A DNA stretch of 58,023 bases from a virus. Taxonomy: Duplodnaviria > Caudoviricetes. A model generated the notes under the pieces. It made no database searches, was not told the DNA's origin, and saw only the letters and a list, made by a program, of their open reading frames with translations. Location: positions 1-58,023 of the IMG/VR virus record IMGVR_UViG_3300037478_000171; one strand, 5' to 3'. The translations under genes were made by a program, and so were the position numbers. How positions within the stretch are numbered: position 1 is the stretch's first letter; each line of letters begins with the position of its first letter. Below are positions 9,783-17,566 of the stretch, piece by piece.

Positions 9783-10456
9783 CGGTTGGCTTCTTTCTCG
9801 TGGACACCGGCACGGTGGAGTCGTCCTGCGGGCTCGTGTGTGCCGAGGGGTTGGTGCAGTCCGTCCACGCCACGATGCCTGGCGTGCCGGCCGTGCAGTT
9901 GACCGACGAGCGCACCCCGGCCGTGCCGGGCGTGCAGGCGGTACGGCGGTTGCCGACGGCCCCAATGGCGGTGTTGCGACTGGCGCATCAGGCCGCTGTG
10001 ACAGGCGCCTGGTTGTTTGTGGACAGTGACGTAGTGATTCAGCGCGACGTTCGTGACGTGTTTCATCAGCAGTTCGATGTGGCGCTCACAACCCGGAACT
10101 GGCCGCATCTCAAACTGGCCGCCGGGTTTTCCGAGCGCATGCCGTTCAACGTTGGCGTGGTCTTCTCGCGCTCCCAAGCATTCTGGCGCGATGCCGAGGC
10201 CCTGGTCCGCCAGATGCCCGATGACCTGCAGCACTGGATGGGCGACCAGCAGGCGATTTGCGACCTGGTGGCAACCGGCAGGTTTACGCTCGCGCTCCTT
10301 AAAGGCACGCGCTACAACCTGCCGCCGGCGGCTGACGCGGATCGCACGCCGGCGACCGAAAAGATGGAGCGCAAGGCGTTCATCATCCATTACAAGGGCG
10401 TGAGCCGTAAGACGCAGATGCTGGCTCGGCTCAAGCGGGACGGGGCATGCGCGTGA
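9779..10456 (+). CDS. Nucleotide-sugar glycosyltransferase (GT8/GT77-like)
   Basis: FVDSDVV, FNVGVVF, WMGDQ, YN, IIHYKG; GTGA overlap. Confidence 0.75.
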   Translation: MTVGFFLVDTGTVESSCGLVCAEGLVQSVHATMPGVPAVQLTDERTPAVPGVQAVRRLPTAPMAVLRLAHQAAVTGAWLFVDSDVVIQRDVRDVFHQQFDVALTTRNWPHLKLAAGFSERMPFNVGVVFSRSQAFWRDAEALVRQMPDDLQHWMGDQQAICDLVATGRFTLALLKGTRYNLPPAADADRTPATEKMERKAFIIHYKGVSRKTQMLARLKRDGACA

Positions 10457-11874
10457 GCCTCCTGATTCCGCCCTCCGGCTTTCTGTTGGACGAGCGGGTG
10501 TTTCCGACGCTCGGGGTGCTCAAGGTGGCGGCGTCGCTGGAGGCGTCTGGAGCCGCTGTGGACGTGCTGGACATGTCAGGTGTGTCAGACGTCGCCGGGG
10601 CCGTCACGGCGCACCTGGAGGCCCACGAGCCGGACGTGTATGGGCTCACGGCGACGATGCCCCAGATGCCGGTGGCCGCCGCGATGGCCCGGCAGATTCG
10701 ACAGGTGCGTCCCGAGGCGCGGCTGGTGCTGGGCGGGCCGCATGTGACGCTGCTCCAAGCCTCGGCCCGACAGGCTCCGGGTGGCCGGGCGGCAGTGGCT
10801 GTTGATGAACTCCGGGATCGCTTCGACGTGCTGGTGTGCGGTGACGGCGAGCGGGCCATTCACGTCGCGCTCGCGGACGACCCGCCTGGACTCATCGACG
10901 GGGATGATCCGAAGTCGGATCTGTTCCTGCGCGGATCCGATCTGGAGACCGCGCCGCTACCGGCCAGGCACTTGATCGATCTGGACAGTTACCACTACGA
11001 GATCGACGGCGTGCGGGCGCAGAGCCTGATCTGCCAGTTGGGGTGCCCGTTCGGGTGCCACTTCTGCGGCGGGCGTCGCAGCCCGTTTCTCCGGCGCGTT
11101 CGGACCCGGTCGCCTGAGTCAGTCGTGGCTGAACTCAGGCACCTGTATGACACCTACGGCACGCGCGGGTTCATGTTTTTTGACGACGAACTCAACGTGA
11201 ACCGGCTGTTTCTCGATCTCTTGACGGCGATCCGTCGGCTGCAGGACGAGTTGGGCGTGGCGTTTCGGCTGCGCGGGTTTCTGAAGGCTGAACTGATTAC
11301 CGAGCCCATGGCTCAGGCGATGTATCAGGCCGGGTTCCGGCAGGTGCTCGTCGGATTCGAGTCAGGCTCGCCACGGATTCTCAACACGATTCACAAGCAG
11401 GCGACACGCGAGGACAACACCAGGGCCATGGAGATTCTGCATCGACATGGGCTGCGGGTCAAAGCCGCGATGTCGATTGGGCATCCGGGCGAGTGCGAGG
11501 AGACGCTGCAGGCCACACGCGACTGGCTGCTCGAGGTTCGGCCGGACGAGTTCGACATCAGCCTGATTACGGTCTATCCAGGCACGCCCTATTACGACGA
11601 TGCGGTCGAGTCGGCTCCTGGGATCTGGACGTATCAGGACACGCGGTCAGGGGATCGGCTGCACGCATCGGCCATCGACCACTTATCGGATGTGCCGTTC
11701 TACAAGGGGATGCCAGGGGCGTATCAGAGTTTCGTCTTTACCGACTACCTCTCGGCCAACGACCTCTGCGCGGCGCGAGACGAGTTGGAATCAGACGTGC
11801 GTGCGGTGTTGGGCGTGGCGTATCCGACTAGTGCGGCGGCGGTGCAATACGAGCACTCGATGGGGTTGCGATGA
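10447..11874 (+). CDS. Cobalamin (B12)-binding radical SAM enzyme
   Basis: N-terminal B12-binding domain (PTLG...VLGGPHVT...GDGE), CxxxCxxC (GCPFGCHFC), FFDDE, GFESGS, GHPGE, YPGTP. Confidence 0.92.
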   Translation: MRVSLLIPPSGFLLDERVFPTLGVLKVAASLEASGAAVDVLDMSGVSDVAGAVTAHLEAHEPDVYGLTATMPQMPVAAAMARQIRQVRPEARLVLGGPHVTLLQASARQAPGGRAAVAVDELRDRFDVLVCGDGERAIHVALADDPPGLIDGDDPKSDLFLRGSDLETAPLPARHLIDLDSYHYEIDGVRAQSLICQLGCPFGCHFCGGRRSPFLRRVRTRSPESVVAELRHLYDTYGTRGFMFFDDELNVNRLFLDLLTAIRRLQDELGVAFRLRGFLKAELITEPMAQAMYQAGFRQVLVGFESGSPRILNTIHKQATREDNTRAMEILHRHGLRVKAAMSIGHPGECEETLQATRDWLLEVRPDEFDISLITVYPGTPYYDDAVESAPGIWTYQDTRSGDRLHASAIDHLSDVPFYKGMPGAYQSFVFTDYLSANDLCAARDELESDVRAVLGVAYPTSAAAVQYEHSMGLR

Positions 11875-12605
11875 GCGAGCCGCTGACCTTCGTGACGTTT
11901 CGCTGGCAGCCGCCGGTGGGCTATCGGTCGCAGTATGCGCCCGAGACGGTCTACGCGCTCCGCGAGATGCTGCGCCGGCACTACGCCCAGCCGCATCGGT
12001 TCGTGTGCGTGACGGATCGACCGGACGAACTGCCCGGCATCGAGACGATCCAGATCTGGGACGACTACGCCGGCTTGCGCTCGCCGTGGGGCACGTCCTA
12101 TCCGAGTTGTTACCGACGGCTGAAGCTCTTTGCGTCAGAGGCGAGCGAGACGTTCGGTCCGCGCCTGGTCTGTCTGGACCTTGACATGGTGGTTGTGTCG
12201 GACCTGGTTCCGCTCTTTGACCGGCCCGAGGACTTCGTGATCTGGGGCGAGTCTGACTTCCCCGGCACGCAAGCCTACAACGGCAGCCTGTGGATGCTCC
12301 GCACTGGCACGCGCACGCAGGTGTGGACGTCGTTCGGGCCAGAGGGCCCGGCGAAGGCGGCGAAGGCCGGGTCGCGCGGGTCGGACCAGGGCTGGATGAA
12401 CTACATCCTCGGCACGGGCGAAGCGAAGTGGACGCGCCGGGATGGGGTGTATTCGTTCCGGAAGCACATCGCGCCGGCCGGGAACGTCTTGCCAGCTAAT
12501 GCGCGCGTCGTGGCCTTCCACGGCAAACACGATCCGTGGAGTTACCGATCGCAGCAGATTGGCTGGATCAAGCAGCACTATCCGACGGGAGCGGTCGCAT
12601 GTTAG
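11871..12605 (+). CDS. GT-A fold glycosyltransferase
   Basis: FVCVTD, LDLDMVV, YNGS, SDQGW, FHGKHDPW; paralogue of 8198-8899. Confidence 0.78.
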   Translation: MSEPLTFVTFRWQPPVGYRSQYAPETVYALREMLRRHYAQPHRFVCVTDRPDELPGIETIQIWDDYAGLRSPWGTSYPSCYRRLKLFASEASETFGPRLVCLDLDMVVVSDLVPLFDRPEDFVIWGESDFPGTQAYNGSLWMLRTGTRTQVWTSFGPEGPAKAAKAGSRGSDQGWMNYILGTGEAKWTRRDGVYSFRKHIAPAGNVLPANARVVAFHGKHDPWSYRSQQIGWIKQHYPTGAVAC

Positions 12606-13348
12606 CCGCACGCCATGCCGGGGCGCTCGGAGCCGCGCACGTTGCGACTTATCAGGCGCTCTTTGAGGCCGAGCGGCAGGAAGTCTATCCGGTCATCGAT
12701 GCCTTCGAGGCGCGGATGGGCTACGCCCTCGAGCGGGACCGGCTGGAAGCGTCCGGGCGTGTCTTGGCGTGCCCGATGAAGAAGCATGCCCCGAACTGGC
12801 AGCACGGGCGCGTGCTCTACGCCGCGACTCGGCGGTATCTGGATACGAGCCGTGAGCCGGATGTGTCGGTGCTCGACGTCGGCACAGCGAAGGGCTTTTC
12901 GGCGCTCTGCCTCCTCTGGGCATTGACCGATGCGGGCCGGAACGGGTCGGTCGTCTCCGTGGACGTCATCGACCCGCACGGCCGCGTGCCACGGAACACC
13001 ATGGCGGATCCGGCCGGGCGCTTGACGCTCACCGAGATTCTGGAGCCGTGGCCCGAGACTCGGGCTATTCGATTCGTGCAGAGCACGGGGATTGATTGGC
13101 TCCGGCGCAGCCAGGATCGCGTACATGTGGCGTTCATCGATGGCACGCATACGGGTCAATCAGTCGCGATTGAAGGGCGGCTGATCTCGGCGCGGCAAGC
13201 TCCGGGCGATCTAGCCATCTTCGATGACGTCAACAAGGCCGGGATTGGAGCGGCGGTGGCCGGGCTCGAGGACGTCTACACGATGGAGCGCATCGATCTG
13301 AAGCCTGGCATTGCGCGGTCGTATGCGCTTGGGGTGCGTCGTGGCTAG
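12599..13348 (+). CDS. Class I SAM-dependent methyltransferase (Methyltransf_24-like)
   Basis: VLDVGTAKGFS, SVD, FIDGTH, IFDD. Confidence 0.8.
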   Translation: MLAARHAGALGAAHVATYQALFEAERQEVYPVIDAFEARMGYALERDRLEASGRVLACPMKKHAPNWQHGRVLYAATRRYLDTSREPDVSVLDVGTAKGFSALCLLWALTDAGRNGSVVSVDVIDPHGRVPRNTMADPAGRLTLTEILEPWPETRAIRFVQSTGIDWLRRSQDRVHVAFIDGTHTGQSVAIEGRLISARQAPGDLAIFDDVNKAGIGAAVAGLEDVYTMERIDLKPGIARSYALGVRRG

Positions 13349-14087
13349 CCCGTGGTCGGCGGGGTTGCCGCTCGTGACGATGCCGATGCGGGCCGAGCCG
13401 ACGCCGGTCACGCTTATTGTGCCGTATTACGAGTCGGCGGAGTTTTTCGCGCATCAACTGGCGGTCTGGTCGTCCTATCTCCAATCACTCGCGCAGCACC
13501 TGTCGATCATTGTGGTTGATGACGGTTCGCCCCATCCGGCCGTCATGCCTGTGACATCGCTCAACCTGCGGCTGTTTCGGATCGAGGTGGATGTGCCGTG
13601 GAACTGGCTCGCGGCGCGCAACATCGGGGCGCATCACGCGGCCGATGGCTGGCTGCTCCTGACCGACATGGACCATGTCGTGCCGGAGCAGACGTTGCTG
13701 GCCGTCATCTACGGCGCCCGCGATCCAGAGGTCGCCTACGGGTTCTCGCGCGTGGAGCATACCGGCGAACCCATCGGGCCGCACTCGGCGTCGTTTCTGC
13801 TGACACGCGATCTGTTCTGGCGCATCGGTGGCTATGACGAACGGCTCAGCGGGGTCTACGGGACGGACGGGTCGTACCGGAAGCGCCTGATGCGGACCAC
13901 GCCGGTGCAGATTCTTCGGGAGGTTCTGGTTCGGTACGAATACGTCTCCGATGCCAGCGTGACGCAGTACGAGCGCAAGACGCCGTCGATGCGCGCGGCC
14001 AGGCGTGATCGGTTCGCGCAGGTGTCAAGTGACCAGCCGCGTACGTTGTCGTTTCCATATCACGAATGCGGAGTGTCAGGGTCATGA
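13341..14087 (+). CDS. GT2-family glycosyltransferase
   Basis: IVPYY, VVDDGS, ARNIGA, LTDMD, GGYDE..YG.D. Confidence 0.85.
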   Translation: MASPWSAGLPLVTMPMRAEPTPVTLIVPYYESAEFFAHQLAVWSSYLQSLAQHLSIIVVDDGSPHPAVMPVTSLNLRLFRIEVDVPWNWLAARNIGAHHAADGWLLLTDMDHVVPEQTLLAVIYGARDPEVAYGFSRVEHTGEPIGPHSASFLLTRDLFWRIGGYDERLSGVYGTDGSYRKRLMRTTPVQILREVLVRYEYVSDASVTQYERKTPSMRAARRDRFAQVSSDQPRTLSFPYHECGVSGS

Positions 14088-14716
14088 CGGCTGTTGCCTG
14101 GGACCGCGGGCTGACGTGGCGGTCTCGACGCACGGTCGAGCCGGCCGATGTGCCGGTGTCGCTCACGTATATCTCGCAGCAAGTTCTGCGAGTGGCGAAC
14201 GGGTCCGTGGACGACGATCACGTACTCGCGCTCATCAAGGCTGCGACAGAGGAGGCTGAGGACTACACGCAACGGGCCCTGATGCCGCAGACATGGGAGT
14301 TGGTGTCAAGCGGGTTCCCCGAGTCCAATCGAGGCATTGTCTTGCCACGTCCACCGCTGATCGACATTGTGTCGTTTGCCTACTACGACTCGGCCGGCGA
14401 CCTGCAATCGTTGGCGGTCTCGCCAGCGGCGTATCGGCTCGTCGCGTCTGGCAAAGTGACCAAGGCAGAACTCTGGCCGCTGGAAAACGAAAGCTGGCCC
14501 GCGACACAGACGCGACCTGATGCGGTGACGGTGACGTTTGAAGCCGGCTACCCAGAGGTGCCTGGGTTTCCTGGTAACTCGGTCCCACACAACATCTTGG
14601 CAGGAATTGGCCTGATGGTTGGCGAACTCTACAAGCAGCGCACGCTGAGCGTGCATACGGTCAGGAACACGCCGGCCGTGCTGCAAGTTGAGCGGTTCTG
14701 GAAGAGGGTCTACTGA
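14084..14716 (+). CDS. Head-tail connector (gp6/gp8-like)
   Basis: EP..VPVSL, LIKAA...E.YTQRALMPQTW, AVTVTF.AGY, LMVGELY..R. Confidence 0.85.
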   Translation: MTAVAWDRGLTWRSRRTVEPADVPVSLTYISQQVLRVANGSVDDDHVLALIKAATEEAEDYTQRALMPQTWELVSSGFPESNRGIVLPRPPLIDIVSFAYYDSAGDLQSLAVSPAAYRLVASGKVTKAELWPLENESWPATQTRPDAVTVTFEAGYPEVPGFPGNSVPHNILAGIGLMVGELYKQRTLSVHTVRNTPAVLQVERFWKRVY

Positions 14717-15075
14717 TGGCGAGAATCACGATTGAGCAACCTAAAGCGACATGGAGTGAGCGGCTGTCCGCGTGGTGGCATGGGGGCTCCCAGCTCATCG
14801 GTGGATGCGGCACGGTCGTGAAGCTCGATGGACGCGAAGTGCGCCATGTGCGATCAGTTTCGCTGAGTGTGGAGGTTGACAATGTTGTCAAGGCAGACAT
14901 TGAAGTTTTGGCCTCAGAAGACATGAGCTTCGATCTGCCCGCTGATGTCACGGTCCAGATTTTGCCTGCTGCAGATTCCGTCACTGTCAAGGCCATCCGG
15001 CTTGAGAACGGCATGCAATTGATCGACGTGTCGTCGTTGGCCGACACGTGGCGAGCAAAGCGAGTGGTGCCCTGA
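14716..15075 (+). CDS. Hypothetical protein
   Basis: TGATG coupling at both ends. Confidence 0.5.
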   Translation: MARITIEQPKATWSERLSAWWHGGSQLIGGCGTVVKLDGREVRHVRSVSLSVEVDNVVKADIEVLASEDMSFDLPADVTVQILPAADSVTVKAIRLENGMQLIDVSSLADTWRAKRVVP

Positions 15076-15449
15076 TGGCGCAGCGCCGTGCCCCAGTCGA
15101 ACCGGGCGAGTTCAATCGCATCGTGCGGATCGAGTCGCGGCCGGCTACTGATGCGGTCGATCCCGATTCAGGCGAACCGGTCGATGGCCCGTGGACGACA
15201 CTCGTGGATCAAATGCCAGCCTCGCGGAACGACATTCTGGGTGAGGAGCCGTACAAGGCGGCGCAACTGTCGGCGTGGCATCGGACGCGCTGGGAAATGC
15301 ACTACCGGTCCGACATGGACCCGGACCAGATCGACGTGCCGAAACTGCGGCGGCTGGTCGAGTTTACCAGGACGCACAACATCATCGCGGCGTCTGTGAT
15401 TGGTCAGCGTGAAGGGATTGAACTGATTACGTTGGCGAAGGTGGGTTGA
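15075..15449 (+). CDS. Head closure / head-tail adaptor (SPP1 gp16-like)
   Basis: GEFNRIVRIE...D..GEP...W; gene position. Confidence 0.75.
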   Translation: MAQRRAPVEPGEFNRIVRIESRPATDAVDPDSGEPVDGPWTTLVDQMPASRNDILGEEPYKAAQLSAWHRTRWEMHYRSDMDPDQIDVPKLRRLVEFTRTHNIIAASVIGQREGIELITLAKVG

Positions 15450-15450
15450 C

Positions 15451-15909
15451 ATGGCAAAACCTACAACCACCACGGTGCGCTTCGAGGGCGGCAAAGAGTT
15501 AGCCGCAGCCTTACAGGCGTTACCGGCATCCGTGCAGGGGCCAGTGGTGTATATGGCGCTTCTCGAATCCGGGGAACCGATGCGTGCCGAGATTGCCCGG
15601 TTGGCTCCGTATGAACCAGGGGCTCCTGATCTGAGGGCCAACATCGTCATGAACCAGACCGGCCGGGTCGGCAACGTGTCGGGCGGAAGCAGTCGTTCGG
15701 CGACCGCGACTGAGCACGTCATCGCGATTGGGCCGGCGAAGGAGTTCTTCTACGGCTTGTTTCAGGAATACGGCACGGTGCGGCACGGCGCGCAGCCGTT
15801 CATGCGGCCTGGGTTCGATACGCAGTCCGGCCGGGTCGTGGACACCTTGGGTCAGCGGCTCTGGGCGTTGATTGAAGCGGCGGCGAAGCGCCTGAGGAAT
15901 CAGGCGTGA
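15451..15909 (+). CDS. HK97 gp10-like tail morphogenesis protein
   Basis: FYGLFQEYGT....AQPFMRPGFD motif. Confidence 0.85.
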   Translation: MAKPTTTTVRFEGGKELAAALQALPASVQGPVVYMALLESGEPMRAEIARLAPYEPGAPDLRANIVMNQTGRVGNVSGGSSRSATATEHVIAIGPAKEFFYGLFQEYGTVRHGAQPFMRPGFDTQSGRVVDTLGQRLWALIEAAAKRLRNQA

Positions 15910-16328
15910 CGTTGGCAGTGGCGATTCAGGCGCGGCTCTTGACGCAGGCGGCGCTTACGGCGCTGGTGTCGAGCCGCATTTACACGCTGCTCTTGCCGCC
16001 GCAACCGACGTTGCCTGCGGTGCGGATTCAGCCGATTGATGTTGACGAGTCCGTGCTGTTGAAAGGGCCGATTGATGTGCGTCGGGCCCGGGTGCAGATC
16101 GATTCGGTGGCCGAAAGCTTGAAGACTGCCGAACAGGTCGATGCCGCCGTGCATGGCGATGGGCTTGGCACGGGCGCGACCGGGTTGTCGGGCTGGCGTG
16201 GCGACGTGGGCAGTCCGCCGTTCACTATTCAGGCGGTCCTCCCGCTCGACGTGCGCCAGTTGTTCGATGCGGCGGAACTGCGGCAGTTTCGGGTGAGTCG
16301 AGATTACTTCGTCTGGTTTGTCCCGTAA
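15906..16328 (+). CDS. Tail terminator/completion protein (DUF3168-like)
   Basis: L.ALVSSRIY....P....LPAV, RVQID; gene position. Confidence 0.75.
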   Translation: MTLAVAIQARLLTQAALTALVSSRIYTLLLPPQPTLPAVRIQPIDVDESVLLKGPIDVRRARVQIDSVAESLKTAEQVDAAVHGDGLGTGATGLSGWRGDVGSPPFTIQAVLPLDVRQLFDAAELRQFRVSRDYFVWFVP

Positions 16329-16348
16329 TCGGGAGAGGAGTTAGAGCA

Positions 16349-16846
16349 ATGCCTGACGTCACTGGCACGTATTACTCAAGCGAAGGCAACATCGGCTACG
16401 GCGCCGAATGGCGCATCGGCATGGATGACGGCAGCCCTGAGACGTTTACGGCGGTTGCCCAGGTGGACCGGATCCGCATCGGGCGGATGACGGCCGGCAT
16501 CCTGAACAAGACCCATCTCAAGAGCCCTGGCCGGGCGCACGAGAAGATCGCCACGATTCGCGACGTGGACTTCTTCGAGATGACCGGTACGTTGAACATG
16601 AAGCATGGGTCGCACAACAACGCAGGCGGCGATGGGTTCGCCACGCCTGGCGGCATCGTGGCGCTGCACCGGAATCTGACCGAGCGGAACCAGGAGATCG
16701 AGATTCCGGACGGCTCCCCGAACACCGTCATCTCGTTCGCTGGCGTCATTTTCTCGCTCGACCTGGGCGAACTCACGCTCGAGGGGCTGCAGAAGTTCAC
16801 GGCGCAGGTGCAGCCGTTGTCGGATTGGACTGCGGGCCTGCCGTAA
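16349..16846 (+). CDS. Major tail tube protein
   Basis: Strong GAGGAG RBS; DGSPETFT.VA, THLKSP; gene position. Confidence 0.75.
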   Translation: MPDVTGTYYSSEGNIGYGAEWRIGMDDGSPETFTAVAQVDRIRIGRMTAGILNKTHLKSPGRAHEKIATIRDVDFFEMTGTLNMKHGSHNNAGGDGFATPGGIVALHRNLTERNQEIEIPDGSPNTVISFAGVIFSLDLGELTLEGLQKFTAQVQPLSDWTAGLP

Positions 16847-16856
16847 GGGGTGGTGC

Positions 16857-17267
16857 ATGGCAAATCGTGAACGGGGCGAAGTCGATCTGCGACTCGGTGG
16901 ACAGACCTATACGTTGCGCCTGAGCCTCAACAGTTTGTGTCTCCTAGAGGAGCACTTCAGCACGCCAGAGGCCACGGTGACGTTTCAGCAGATCGCTCAG
17001 CGGCTGGGCGATGTGCGGATGGGGGATCTCCGGCGCGTGCTGTGGACGGCGCTGCAGGAGCACCATGCCGAGGCGGCGCCGACCGAGGCTGAGGCCGGGG
17101 CCTTGATTGCCGTACAGGACATGTCCGTGATCCTGAAGGCGCTGCAGGCGCTCTTGGCTCCCGATGCGGCCGATGTTCGGGAGTTGGTGCCGGCCCGCCC
17201 TCGGACAGCTCAGGGGACCAGTGGAGTTGGCGCGAAGCGTTCATCCGCGCCCGCCAAGTCGGCCTGA
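16857..17267 (+). CDS. Tail assembly chaperone (G)
   Basis: MANRERGEV.L...G..YTLRL..N.LC.LE, a GTA-gp10-like pattern. Confidence 0.75.
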   Translation: MANRERGEVDLRLGGQTYTLRLSLNSLCLLEEHFSTPEATVTFQQIAQRLGDVRMGDLRRVLWTALQEHHAEAAPTEAEAGALIAVQDMSVILKALQALLAPDAADVRELVPARPRTAQGTSGVGAKRSSAPAKSA

Positions 17268-17566
17268 GCCATGCCCAGTTCTGGAGTCTCAGTCTGCGGG
17301 AGTTGTTTCGGGACTTGGTGGTGCTCAAGCGGCAGCTCGAGGACCAGCACAACCAGGTCATCTGGACGGCCTTTTACGGTGAACTGTTTCGACGGGAGCG
17401 AGGATCGATTGACGTGCGGAAGCACCTTGTTGGCGTGGCGGCCAGTCAGACGAAGCAGACGGTGCGTGAGATGGTCGCGGTAAGCGAACAGATGCGGGCG
17501 ATTCCTGGCATTAGGATCCGGCGCGGCAAGCGCCGCGTCGCCAAGGCGAGTCTCCATGGCCAATAG
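17198..17566 (+). CDS. Tail chaperone T region, probably reached by a -1 frameshift
   Basis: Open -1 frame encoding ...GLSHAQFWSLSLREL..., with no good own start. Confidence 0.55.
   Translation, partial: PSDSSGDQWSWREAFIRARQVGLSHAQFWSLSLRELFRDLVVLKRQLEDQHNQVIWTAFYGELFRRERGSIDVRKHLVGVAASQTKQTVREMVAVSEQMRAIPGIRIRRGKRRVAKASLHGQ

Noticed and set aside
7111-14087. GT cluster as a DNA hypermodification system
   Set aside because: Disfavoured but not excluded: it lies in the late head operon with no base-activating enzyme or phage polymerase.
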